IMG/VR virus record: IMGVR_UViG_3300033149_005620
Span: 1 to 56,561 of that record
Length of the DNA stretch: 56,561 nucleotides
Source: a virus
Taxonomy: Duplodnaviria; Caudoviricetes
Direction: 5' to 3' (one strand)
Shown: positions 1 through 9,245 of the stretch, piece by piece
Position numbering within the stretch: position 1 is the stretch's first letter
Layout: every line of letters begins with the position of its first letter
Made by a program: the position numbers and the translations under genes
The notes under the pieces: model-generated
Seen by the model: only the letters and a program-made list of their open reading frames with translations
What the model was told of the DNA's origin: nothing
Databases searched by the model: none

Positions 1-114
1 CACGGCCTGAGGTTCGCGGTATATGTAGAAGAGATGAAATTCTTCCAGAACCTCCTCAAGCACGGGGAGGAAAAACTCTACTGAATGGTGAGATTTTACG
101 ATGTTAAGGACTGG
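1..114. repeat. Terminal direct repeat (assembly overlap), left copy
   Basis: 1-114 is identical to 56448-56561, and a reading frame runs unbroken across the junction, indicating a circular or permuted genome. Confidence 0.97.
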
Positions 115-330
115 CTCGCCTTTCATAGACATCAGAAACGAGAGCAGATTATCCGCCGCCCACCAATTTATTGGCTGGTCTATGTCCATGTTAATCCACG
201 GATATGAGACATATTGAAAACTGTCGGCTAGGGTGTTCATCAAAAAGTGTGTCCCTGACCGCTCATGACTGACCACTATGGCCTTTTTGATCCACTCCGG
301 GCCTAAAGATACTGAGATTGTATGTGGCAT
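1..330 (-). CDS. Sulfotransferase, 5' part (continues across the junction into 56094-56447; 227 aa in total)
   Basis: ATG at 330 after an AGGTGAGG RBS. Reads MPHTISVSLGPEWIKKAIVVSHERSGTHFLMNTL (PAPS-binding loop), then VKSH and YIYREP (3'-PB motif). In frame with ORF 56094..56510. Confidence 0.85.
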   Translation of the reverse strand, partial: MPHTISVSLGPEWIKKAIVVSHERSGTHFLMNTLADSFQYVSYPWINMDIDQPINWWAADNLLSFLMSMKGEPVLNIVKSHHSVEFFLPVLEEVLEEFHLFYIYREPQAV

Positions 331-339
331 GAGCCTCAC

Positions 340-1260
340 CTATTGCCAGACATCCTCTATGACCTTGTGGATTCTCCTGAAATTATCGAGGCTGTAGTGA
401 TCTTCCACCCATTTACGGTAACGTTCCGGCTCGTAATCGGAGTTGGTAATCATCTTAACCGCGTCATCTACCGTTTTGAATACCCACTCCGTAGCGAACT
501 GGTCCGTAGCCCCAGGCCACGCATGAATTACGGGCTTGATCCCCATTGCCATCGCCTCGATGACGTTGTTGGGGTTGCCTTCGTTGATAGACGTTGAAAG
601 AATAAAACCTTTGTCGCTCAACCAGTCATACACCTTGTCAGGCTCTACGCGGCCCTCAAAGCGAAACCTCTCTTGCAGACCCAAGACCTCCCGATAGGAG
701 AGAAGCTGGGGCACGAGTAGGGGATCACCGGAGAAGCAAATATTGTGTATGGTGTAATCCTCCGGCAAACTGAGCAGAATCTGGAACGCAAGCGGAAAGT
801 TCTTCACGTCCCTTACCGCGCAGACAAAGGCTATTTTCTTGCTCTTTGGGGTCTCTTGCCTGAAAGGAATTGCATTGACATCAACCCCGTTGTAGATGAC
901 GTATTGGCGACGTGGGGCGTTTTCCTTCAGCAAATCATTGAATGTGGAGCGGTAATATTCACTCACAAAAATCATGGCATCTACTGCATCAAAGTTGATC
1001 GAGCCTATCAAATTGGGGGTCCAGAGCTCATATCGCCGGAGGTAGCTGATAATTTTCTTGTCCGGGAAGTAGTGGCTCCAAAAATAGGTTGCCTCATTGC
1101 ACCACATGCTGATAAGGAGATCCGCATCTTGTGATTGGGCGCCGAGAGTTTCGCCATCAAGGGAGTCCGTTACAGTGAGGTCGTAGAAGCACCCGAGTTC
1201 CGTTTCAATGTACGGAGCCCAGCGATTCCCCCATTTAGGGTAGTGTAATAGCGCCTTCAT
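340..1260 (-). CDS. Glycosyltransferase, GT-B fold (GT4-like)
   Basis: VIYNGVD, DVKNF and STSINEGNPNNVIEAMAMG (EX7E motif). Confidence 0.9.
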   Translation of the reverse strand: MKALLHYPKWGNRWAPYIETELGCFYDLTVTDSLDGETLGAQSQDADLLISMWCNEATYFWSHYFPDKKIISYLRRYELWTPNLIGSINFDAVDAMIFVSEYYRSTFNDLLKENAPRRQYVIYNGVDVNAIPFRQETPKSKKIAFVCAVRDVKNFPLAFQILLSLPEDYTIHNICFSGDPLLVPQLLSYREVLGLQERFRFEGRVEPDKVYDWLSDKGFILSTSINEGNPNNVIEAMAMGIKPVIHAWPGATDQFATEWVFKTVDDAVKMITNSDYEPERYRKWVEDHYSLDNFRRIHKVIEDVWQ

Positions 1261-1266
1261 CGTCCC

Positions 1267-1890
1267 TTACCTCGCAAGCACCACGAATTGAGACAGCGCC
1301 CCAGGGGAGGACTCGTAAAGGTGCAGGTCCTTTATCAGCGCCCCAAGCGCATCGGCCATAAGGCCAATATCGGTTTGGGTAAATCCCCAATCAAAGGACC
1401 GGTGCCCGGAGTGCCCGCCGCAAGGGTTGTTGATAAATACATAGGCTTCACGAAGCTTGAGTACTCTGCCTATTTCCCTGTAGGCAACCTTCCTGATTGC
1501 AGGGTCCACGTGCTCGAGGACGTCGAAGAGAAGTATGTGATCAAAAAGCCCATCCCTAAAGGGCAGGCGATCTATCCGCGCCTGAAGGGTCGTCAGGCCA
1601 AAGGCCTTTTTTCCCCAGTCACAAAATCGGTGAGAAAGGTCCGTACCCACATAATTGAACTGCCAGCAGAGGTTCTTCAACGTCCCAGCGATAAGGGCTC
1701 GGCCTAGGCCAATTTCCAGTATCTTCAGGTTTTCCACAGAGTAGCGCAGCAGGTAATGCGAAATCGTGCGGGCCTTCTGAGAATTGAATGAGACATGAGA
1801 CGTGTCTCGATTGACGCATGTCTTCGCGAATAGGTCCCAGTAACAGACATCTCTTGGGGTACGTTTTGGCTGCAAGGGATGCTGCCCCAT
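1267..1890 (-). CDS. Class I SAM-dependent methyltransferase
   Basis: ILEIGLGRA motif I, GTDLS, LPFRDGLFD, DVLEHV, RVLK. Confidence 0.85.
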   Translation of the reverse strand: MGQHPLQPKRTPRDVCYWDLFAKTCVNRDTSHVSFNSQKARTISHYLLRYSVENLKILEIGLGRALIAGTLKNLCWQFNYVGTDLSHRFCDWGKKAFGLTTLQARIDRLPFRDGLFDHILLFDVLEHVDPAIRKVAYREIGRVLKLREAYVFINNPCGGHSGHRSFDWGFTQTDIGLMADALGALIKDLHLYESSPGALSQFVVLAR

Positions 1891-2930
1891 TAGACAAGCT
1901 CCCTGTAAAGCGCTTCGAGTTTGTCTATATGGCGTTCCATAGCCCAGTCTCTGGAGCGCCTAGCGATGTTCTTCCTAAAATCCCGGTGCTCCATCCAGCG
2001 CTCTTTCACCTGGCCCATGTTTTCTACCGCCATACCGAAACCGTGCTCTTCAATGAACTGGCCCGGGTGCTTCGCATTTAGGGCGATGACGGGTATGCCA
2101 GCGGCGAGGTATTCAAACAGCTTATTGGGCATAGCGGCCTGCCAGGCAGGGTGAGGCCTGATATTCCCGCACAACCCGTATTCATGCCGGCCTATCTGAC
2201 GAATTAGCCGATCAAATGGATACGATCCCTTCCAGGTTGCTGTCTGGCCGTATGTTTCCTGTATCTCCTTCGTCCCTCCAGGCGTGTAGAGATAGAACGG
2301 GATTCCTCGCTCATGGAATTGCCGCGCGGTCTCCGTATATTCGCAATACCAAAAGCACCAGTGTTCCCTGCCCTGCTCGATTTCCTGGGGGAGATCAACC
2401 CTTCCTTCCATGCAGACTCCTCCGAGCAGCTTCCAGGCGTCCACCCTGTAAAACTCCTCTGGAACATACGAAGGGAGGACTACATAAGGTTGCTCTAGCC
2501 AGTAGGTCTCCCGGACAATCTGCGCCATCGGCTCTGAGACGAAGACAAGTGCATCCGCAAGCTCCATATTGTCGCGCTCATCCTTGCTCCATTTAGGTCT
2601 GTCGGGGTCGTAAGGCGCATCCGGGTCTACCCTCAGAAGGAAGCTGTCGTGGCAATCAAGGACAACGGGCTTATCAGGGAAAATTGACTTGATGATCGTA
2701 ACGAACCACGAGGGCTCGTTATGCGCGTGGAAGATGTCGGCATCCTCGTGAAGCTTGATCGCCTCCTCCATCTGCGCCCTGTGCTGGTAGATGGTAAGCG
2801 TCTTATATCGGTCGCCAAACATTGGAGGCTTGTTTGCGATGCAATGAACCTCGTAACCCTTATCCATGAGCGGAATTGCTTGCTTTTGGACTCTGATGCA
2901 ACAGTGCCGCGCGATCTCGACGATTTTCAT
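1890..2930 (-). CDS. Glycosyltransferase, GT-B fold (GT4-like)
   Basis: DIFHAHN, PVVLDCHD, ADALVFVS, MPNKLFEYLAAGIPVI. Confidence 0.88.
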   Translation of the reverse strand: MKIVEIARHCCIRVQKQAIPLMDKGYEVHCIANKPPMFGDRYKTLTIYQHRAQMEEAIKLHEDADIFHAHNEPSWFVTIIKSIFPDKPVVLDCHDSFLLRVDPDAPYDPDRPKWSKDERDNMELADALVFVSEPMAQIVRETYWLEQPYVVLPSYVPEEFYRVDAWKLLGGVCMEGRVDLPQEIEQGREHWCFWYCEYTETARQFHERGIPFYLYTPGGTKEIQETYGQTATWKGSYPFDRLIRQIGRHEYGLCGNIRPHPAWQAAMPNKLFEYLAAGIPVIALNAKHPGQFIEEHGFGMAVENMGQVKERWMEHRDFRKNIARRSRDWAMERHIDKLEALYRELV

Positions 2931-2953
2931 ATTACAGAGAACTCCCTTTCAGA

Positions 2954-3346
2954 TCAGGTATCCCACTTCGAGCTGTATCTGCGCCTGTAATCAATGAAGC
3001 AAATTATGCTTCCGCTGGCAACGGTACCGGCGCTGTCGATGGTCAAATAGCTCCCTGCGTCCACATTCTTGTCAATGGACTTACTCGCAATGGTCCAGGG
3101 CGCCGAGTCCGTCGAAGCCACTACCGTTGCGAGCGTTGAAGAGTTGCGCTTTAAGTTGACCGTGACCTCGGTGCCACCTTGCGTTGCCCGGTGCTGGATC
3201 CCGAATTTCAAAATCTTGATTGGGCCTTTGGGATAGAACCTCTTCACCAGGGTGTTGTCACCGTTTATGAGGACCGAATCCTGATAGGCATGGAAGTGAA
3301 GGCGCTCAACAACGCCATACTGTGCATCACTATAAAATGAGGGCAT
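2954..3346 (-). CDS. Putative capsid decoration protein, paralog 2
   Basis: 130 aa, beta/Ser/Thr-rich, just downstream of the capsid gene; 109/130 identical to 3419..3811 by manual count. Confidence 0.55.
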   Translation of the reverse strand: MPSFYSDAQYGVVERLHFHAYQDSVLINGDNTLVKRFYPKGPIKILKFGIQHRATQGGTEVTVNLKRNSSTLATVVASTDSAPWTIASKSIDKNVDAGSYLTIDSAGTVASGSIICFIDYRRRYSSKWDT

Positions 3347-3418
3347 AAGTCACCCCTTTAAGTGAAGGGGGCTCCTGAAAGCCCCCATTCGTTTACGAAG
3401 TTTTAGAATATGGCGTCG

Positions 3419-3811
3419 CTAGACGTCCCACTTAGTGCTGTAGCGCCGCCTGTACTCGATGAAACAGATTATAGATCCTGTCGCAACGGTACCTGCGCTG
3501 TCCACGGTGAGATAGGAGCCCGCGTCGCAGTTCTTGTCGAGCGACTTGCTGGCTATGGTCCACGGTGCTGAATCCGTGGAGGCAACAACTGTAGCCAGCG
3601 TTGACGAATTCCTTTTGAGGTTAACTGTTACCTCGGTACCGCCCTGGGTCGCGATGTGCTGGATCCCAAACTTCAAGATCTTGATCGGACCCTTGGGGTA
3701 GAACCTCTTCACGAGAGTTTTATCCCCGGCCAGCGTCTTCTCCGCCTGGTGTGCGGTGAGATAAAGCCTCTCCCTCACGCCGTATTGTGCGTCGTCGTAG
3801 AAACTTGGCAT
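3419..3811 (-). CDS. Putative capsid decoration protein, paralog 1
   Basis: 130 aa directly after the major capsid gene; GGTGAGGA RBS. Confidence 0.55.
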   Translation of the reverse strand: MPSFYDDAQYGVRERLYLTAHQAEKTLAGDKTLVKRFYPKGPIKILKFGIQHIATQGGTEVTVNLKRNSSTLATVVASTDSAPWTIASKSLDKNCDAGSYLTVDSAGTVATGSIICFIEYRRRYSTKWDV

Positions 3812-3829
3812 ATTTCCTCACCCCCCTTC

Positions 3830-5070
3830 CTATGATGCCGAATCCCATTTGAGGATTCGACACTGGGCGGCCGCTGTGTGGACGATCCCGAAGCCCCCGA
3901 GGTAATACCACGCTACCCCCTTCGACCGGCCATAGTCTGTGGGGATTTTCCCGCGCATCTCCTCGGGAACCGCAATTGCCTCGGCGACCGTATCCTCCCC
4001 AAAGAAGAACGCCCAGTCGCTCTTGGCCTTGTTCCAGGCATCGGCCGTTTTCGTATCGGCGTCCCAGGTTGTGGAATCCGCCGCTCCGCCCTTCGGAATC
4101 TGGGTCTGCTCCACGAAACGGCAATTGTCGTACCGGCCAATCTCACCGTTCATGATGAGCTGGAAGCCCTGCGTCACATACTGATAGACGCCCTCAAGGT
4201 CCGTTTTGAGCTGCCGGAACGTGGACGGCCATGCGAGTACGTAGTAGTCGTCCTCAATGTAGGGCGGGATGTTCCGCTCCTTCATGGTGTCGACTACCAG
4301 CCCAATGTGCTGCTTCTTCAGGGCAACGTCGTTGGTCAGGGTCGCGGTTCCGTTCGTGGTCAGAGTAACCGCCGTGGTAGACGTCCCAGCCGTCGGAACG
4401 ACGCGAAGAACGCAGGCATTGAACTGGGCATGTGCCGCTATGTCAAAGGCCTTCTTTGCGTCATTCTTCAGGACCTTGTTGATGATCTCCGTGACCGGGT
4501 GCTCGGAAAGATTATCAAGCTTCCCGGAGTAGGGAACGCTATTGCCATACTCATCAATGGTCAAGGTTCCCTGGGTGATCGTGAATTGTGTTTCGGGCAT
4601 GGTTTTCGTTTCAGTGAGCTTCGTGCCCTGTGTCGAAACGTCACTGTATACATTCCAGTGGAACGTATCGCCTTTTTTCAGCCCCTGTTGCGTTGCATCT
4701 TTTACATCGCAAAACTGCAATCTGTTACTTTCATGACCGCATGGGCGGACGCCCTGTTGGGGTAGCCTCCCCGGTTTCTCTTGAGGCGTTATGCCGGGGT
4801 TCAGACTGTCGCATCACTGGATATTGGTATTTTCTCTCCAGTGCCCGCTCGCTCAGTCGTTCACGCTGCCCACACGCCCTCCTTTAGGGTGGCGTTGCTT
4901 GCGCCTTGTCGCCCGCGCCCGGGCTTCCAAGTCAATCAGAGCGGGTTTTACTTCCGCCATTCTTAACGGAACTTGATCAGAGGCTGAACAGCCATCCTGA
5001 GCTTTTTACTCAGGTTGAGTGAATACATGTACCCACCCAAGGTATTCACCGCCCATAACTGTCCAGGCAT
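3830..5070 (-). CDS. Major capsid protein (N4 gp56-like), split by an intron: exon 1 5070-4966, exon 2 4717-3830, 330 aa spliced
   Basis: AAAGGAG RBS, then MPGQLWAVNTLGGYMYSLNLSKKLRMAVQPLIKFR, joining in frame to QFCDVKDA... Capsid-like EYGNSV, GEIGRY and DYGRSKGVAWY; follows portal and scaffold. Confidence 0.9.
4718..4965 (-). ncRNA. Group I self-splicing intron, 248 nt, no homing endonuclease
   Basis: P1 UUCCGU|UA-AGAA-UGGCGGAA with a U.G pair at the 5' splice site; P3 CCCGCUC(4945-4939)/GAGCGGG(4850-4844); P7 GACUG(4858-4854)/CAGUC(4808-4804); P8 CACUGGA/UCCAGUG; terminal G at 4718. Removal restores the reading frame. Confidence 0.92.
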
Positions 5071-5085
5071 ACTTCTTACTCCTTT

Positions 5086-6225
5086 CTATCTGGTTTGCCC
5101 TCGGACCTTCATGATTTCTTGCACGGCCTCCGCGCGGGCCTGCTCTTCCGTTTTCTCCTGGTCCGAAGGGGTAGTGGTTTCTTGTTTTGCACTGACGGGT
5201 TTTGGCTCGTCAATGCCCTTCTTCTTCTCTTCTTTTTCTTTCATGTCCGCGACTTTAGGTTTAGGGGGGGGCTTGGGTTTGACGGCCTCTTCCCTGGCTT
5301 TTCTGACCTCTGCGCCCGCTGCGGCGTACGTTTCCCATACATTGGGTTCGCCGGCGGCCAGTTTCTCATTGACAATCCGGGTAACCTCCGCCATCAGGTA
5401 GGGGTTCTCCCCGAGGTCCTGGAAGCCTCCACTTTCCGCGGGTTGAAAGAACTTTTGACGAATCACTTCGGCAGCCTGCTCTTTAGCCTGCTCTTCTCGC
5501 TGCTCAAGGGCCTTCTGCACCTCTTCCTGAATCATCTCGGGCGTGATAGCGGGGGTAGTGCCGCGTCCGGCCGCGATGATCTCGTCTATGGCAGCGGCTG
5601 CCTCGTCTTCGTCTCCGTACTGGATAGCCTGTATCCAGGCGCGCTTCTTTTCATTGAACTCGGCATCGCGCTCTTCCGGGGTCTTGCCGTCGGGTGACCC
5701 ATCCGTCTTTGTGGGTGCCTCGGCGGCTTTTTTCGTCGCTTCCTCTAGCAACTCTTCGGCCTGCTTTTTGAGCCGTGATGCCTCTTCGAGGCGTTTATCC
5801 GCAGCTGACTCCTTCTGGAGCGTCCTTATCCCGGCCTCCTTCACCTTGCTCAATGGCACTTTTTGTTCGGTCCCGTCAATAACAAGGGTAACCTCTTCTT
5901 CGTACCGCTCTAGCTCCTGTTGCTCTTTCTCTTTCTTTGCAGCCTCAGCCTCGTCGATCGCGTGCTCCCCCGAAGTCTCCTCCCCCGCCTGGTCCGTTTC
6001 GTTCCCTTCTGGTTCCTCCTGGGCAGGCTCTTCAATGTCCAGTTTCATTCCGTCCTCTTCAACTCTTTGACGGTCGACATTGGCTGCAATCTGGTCAAGA
6101 GCGCTCAGACGCACGTCTGCGGCCTTCTCTCGGCCTTGACTCTCCAGCTGCTGCTTTTCTTCTTCTGTGAGATCCTCGTTGTCCGCGCCCTTGGGGGTAG
6201 CGTCCTGTTTTTCGGGATCTGCCAT
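5086..6225 (-). CDS. Capsid scaffolding protein
   Basis: Acidic coiled-coil protein with VTLVIDGTEQKVPL, located between portal and capsid genes. Confidence 0.75.
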   Translation of the reverse strand: MADPEKQDATPKGADNEDLTEEEKQQLESQGREKAADVRLSALDQIAANVDRQRVEEDGMKLDIEEPAQEEPEGNETDQAGEETSGEHAIDEAEAAKKEKEQQELERYEEEVTLVIDGTEQKVPLSKVKEAGIRTLQKESAADKRLEEASRLKKQAEELLEEATKKAAEAPTKTDGSPDGKTPEERDAEFNEKKRAWIQAIQYGDEDEAAAAIDEIIAAGRGTTPAITPEMIQEEVQKALEQREEQAKEQAAEVIRQKFFQPAESGGFQDLGENPYLMAEVTRIVNEKLAAGEPNVWETYAAAGAEVRKAREEAVKPKPPPKPKVADMKEKEEKKKGIDEPKPVSAKQETTTPSDQEKTEEQARAEAVQEIMKVRGQTR

Positions 6226-6230
6226 AGGGT

Positions 6231-6557
6231 TTATCCTCCTTCCTCTTTGTCTAGTTCTTTACGCTCCAAATACTCGTTGAGAGCATTTGCGCCTTCGCTC
6301 ACGGCCTCTTCGAGCCATTGGGGTACCGATAGGGCCGCCTTGAGCCGAATTTGCAATGCGATTACCGCCTTAGTGTCTGTGGGGTCAATGGACTGAAAGT
6401 CATCCACAACCGCGTCCACATCCTGCTGTGCTTTCTGCAATAAGTACTTGCCCACCCGTTCGCCAAGGAACCTGCGCGCCTCTTCGCCTATGCTGATCTT
6501 GGCGTGATAATACCCAAGTTCGTGATCAGTGAGCATTCGCGGGCACCGTCTCGCCAA
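6231..6557 (-). CDS. Hypothetical head-module protein
   Basis: Small helical ORF coupled to the portal gene; real start probably the MLTDH methionine. Confidence 0.6.
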   Translation of the reverse strand: MARRCPRMLTDHELGYYHAKISIGEEARRFLGERVGKYLLQKAQQDVDAVVDDFQSIDPTDTKAVIALQIRLKAALSVPQWLEEAVSEGANALNEYLERKELDKEEGG

Positions 6558-8571
6558 CGACCGGGTTCAGCAGGTCCATGGCTTTCATTTCGAGCTTTGC
6601 TCGGATGTCGGCAAGCTTGCGTCTGTCTTCACCCTGCTCTTTCATCTTCGCAGCTATAAGCTTCGTCTCATTGTCAACCATCTTGGAATCAAGCTGCTCC
6701 TGGAGTCGTTGGATTGCCAGCTGCAACTGCTGAATAATCATGCCCATCTGCATCTTCTCTGGATCGTCTCCCATCTGCTCGACAAAAAATCTCTCCCCGT
6801 CCTTGAAACCCAGATAGCCAAATACTTCTTTCGCTACCTCCATAACGTTGAGCGACCCGGGCGGCGTCTTTGTCACCACCTCAAGGATGATTCTAAGCCC
6901 AAAGGTAAAGTTCCGCAGCCGCATCAGGGGGTCAGTTGCGCCCATGCCAACGTTCACGGTCGTCGTTAGCTCCTGATTGAGCAACTCGTCGGTCACCTCG
7001 TCAATGCCGTACTTCTGGAAGATGTTGGCCTTTTCCGCGGCAATGGCCAAAATGGTGGTGTCCGTTTCATACTTCTGTTCGAGCTTAACGAGCTGTCGCA
7101 TAACAGGCTCAACCCACGTCTCTGAAAATGTGCGCAGCGCATATTCGGTCAGAGCATTTGTGTTGCCCTTGAGCAGGTTCATTCCGCCGACGGTCTCATT
7201 GAGCCGGCGGTTGGTCTGGATGGTGGACACTGAGAAGTTGCCCACCACTTCGTCGAAATCAACGTTCAGCCGATCCTGTTCCTGGTACGAGGATCGGGTT
7301 ACATCATTGAACTCCATCTCCTTTACGTCGCCATTGATATCATTGACCATCGTGATTGACCCTGCGGCGTTTCGCACGAGGGACTTGAGGTCCACCTGGG
7401 ATCCCCTTTTCACGAAGTAGCGCTTGTTTAGCACGAGCTTTACATTGTCAAGCCTTTGATTGGCGTTTTCGTTTATCTCCTTCTGAATACCTTCTCCCAG
7501 CTGACCCAACCCGCTTGGATATATTTTGTGGGCCTCGATCACGGAGATGCCCATTACGTAGGGCCTCTCGCCATGGAAATAGACCTGCTCCAGAGGTTTG
7601 GGGTCGGAGAGAAGATGTTCCGTGCCGAGCGTGTAATAGACCCAATCCTGGTGCTTAATTTTGATGATATTGCGATGGACCCACACAATGTCATAGAGGG
7701 CCAGCTCTTTGCTGGACGCCTGTGGCTCCATCCTGTCCGTCCGCTGCCCCTCACGGGCCTGGCGGGTAATGTCAAACCTTTGGCTTCTTGCTGTCTTCAG
7801 GACCTCGTCAGGCAATTCGCGCCATTTGGGCTGGCCTGTCTTCGGGTCCGAGGCGTTCATTCTGAACTTCACGTCCATGATATACATCGGCATCAGCTCA
7901 ATTACGTAGGGGCTCGAATTGATAGGGTCCGTCCAGTCAGCTGCGGGGTCTATGCGCAAATTTTCCACGGGTATGAGCCTGATTGCTGGTTGGTCCTTGA
8001 TCACCTTTTTTTCTTTGATAGTTGTATATTGAGGCTTACCGTCCCCATCCAGTACGGGGTTTCTATCAGCGTCAACAAGGGCTACTCGGTCAACCCTCTC
8101 AGCTTCTTCGTACTCCCAGCTCTGGTAGCTACAGACCACTCCGGGAACCATCGAGTCCTGATATGCGCCGATGCAAATCAAAAACCAGGGAATAGTTTTC
8201 GTCAACCTGTATTGGAGAAGTGCCTCCACGATGTCTGCGCTTGCTCTTTGCATCGGGTCATTCGTGTTCTGGCTTTGTATCGAGACCACATCCTGGTTTG
8301 AGAAGAACGCTGCAACGGCAGCCGCCTCATTGTTGCGGATAGCAGAACGGGTTTTCGGTCGGAAGATCCTCGAGCGGTAGAGGTAGGACGCCTTGTAGTA
8401 TTTTGAGCCAGCGTGGTGCCGGCTCATGAAGTGCCGATAATTGTTTTCCCACTGTTTTCGGTAATTATTGTCAACATAGGTCGTCGACTTTTGGTAGGCG
8501 TCTTGAGCAATCTGCACCCACACCCGCTCGTCGTCCCTTGCTTGCAATACGTGCGCTTGCGCTTCTAACAT
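6526..8571 (-). CDS. Portal protein (P22/N4-like)
   Basis: 681 aa; SRIFRPKTR, ENLRIDPAA, QKEINENANQRLDNV, NETVGGM, C-terminal Gln-rich coiled coil; upstream of scaffold. Confidence 0.88.
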   Translation of the reverse strand: MLEAQAHVLQARDDERVWVQIAQDAYQKSTTYVDNNYRKQWENNYRHFMSRHHAGSKYYKASYLYRSRIFRPKTRSAIRNNEAAAVAAFFSNQDVVSIQSQNTNDPMQRASADIVEALLQYRLTKTIPWFLICIGAYQDSMVPGVVCSYQSWEYEEAERVDRVALVDADRNPVLDGDGKPQYTTIKEKKVIKDQPAIRLIPVENLRIDPAADWTDPINSSPYVIELMPMYIMDVKFRMNASDPKTGQPKWRELPDEVLKTARSQRFDITRQAREGQRTDRMEPQASSKELALYDIVWVHRNIIKIKHQDWVYYTLGTEHLLSDPKPLEQVYFHGERPYVMGISVIEAHKIYPSGLGQLGEGIQKEINENANQRLDNVKLVLNKRYFVKRGSQVDLKSLVRNAAGSITMVNDINGDVKEMEFNDVTRSSYQEQDRLNVDFDEVVGNFSVSTIQTNRRLNETVGGMNLLKGNTNALTEYALRTFSETWVEPVMRQLVKLEQKYETDTTILAIAAEKANIFQKYGIDEVTDELLNQELTTTVNVGMGATDPLMRLRNFTFGLRIILEVVTKTPPGSLNVMEVAKEVFGYLGFKDGERFFVEQMGDDPEKMQMGMIIQQLQLAIQRLQEQLDSKMVDNETKLIAAKMKEQGEDRRKLADIRAKLEMKAMDLLNPVVGETVPANAH

Positions 8572-9110
8572 CAGTTCACTCTCCGTGGCTGGTGCTTATT
8601 GAGAACCCCGTCAACTGCAATAGGGGCTTCACCCCGATTTCGCCCTCGCACAAGACGCGCCCTCTCCAAGATTTCGCCGCCGGCCCGCATGACGCATTTC
8701 AGGTTCGGGTCGTCATAGGCCGTGCTGAGGAAAATCCTGTAGCCGTAGGGCGCCCCGGAGAAAAGCGCTGCGTTCACGTCCTGGTTATAGACATTCAGGC
8801 ATGCGACACTGGGCCTATCGTCCACCTCCACGATCCATGTGTAGCCCGGGTAGTGATCGACGAGGACTTTCATCGCCCTGGCGGCCAAGTCCGCGTTTCC
8901 GTCCGGTGCGTAGGGGTTGACTTCGATTCCTATCTCCTCTTTGGGCTTCACAATAATGCCGAATTTGGCCATGGCATTCTGCGTGCTTCGCTTATCAACG
9001 GAGTAGACGTTGCCGTCCTTGCGTGCCCTGATTGAGGTGGTACTCTTTGTTGTGGGGTCAATGATGACGTTACCCATTGTTCGTCTCCTGGATCTTGTGC
9101 TTGCAATCAA
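8571..9110 (-). CDS. Hypothetical protein
   Basis: ORF abutting the portal start; real start probably internal (MGNV). Confidence 0.6.
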   Translation of the reverse strand: MIASTRSRRRTMGNVIIDPTTKSTTSIRARKDGNVYSVDKRSTQNAMAKFGIIVKPKEEIGIEVNPYAPDGNADLAARAMKVLVDHYPGYTWIVEVDDRPSVACLNVYNQDVNAALFSGAPYGYRIFLSTAYDDPNLKCVMRAGGEILERARLVRGRNRGEAPIAVDGVLNKHQPRRVN

Positions 9111-9245
9111 GGGTGGCCCCTAAAACGCGACGAGGCACGAAGTATGCATAACGATAGCCTTTCTGTGGCTCGGAGGTGTACCTCAGGCAGTCGTGCCTGA
9201 TCCAGCACTCGTTGTTTGTGCAGAGGGTCTTGTCGGGGATCGCGG

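Noticed and set aside
1-114. Biological terminal repeat of the virion DNA
   Set aside because: It falls mid-gene and is best explained as assembler overlap; true genome ends cannot be determined here.
2954-3811. Diversity-generating retroelement TR/VR pair
   Set aside because: No reverse transcriptase in the genome, and the differences are largely synonymous rather than adenine-specific.
3878-8301. Long plus-strand ORFs antisense to capsid, scaffold and portal (likewise opposite TerL, SbcC and the giant gene)
   Set aside because: Typical antisense shadows in GC-rich coding DNA, with no motifs or RBS.
9129-9200. Inverted repeat AGGCACGA/TCGTGCCT upstream of 8571..9110
   Set aside because: A single 8-bp stem with a long loop is too little to call a structured RNA.
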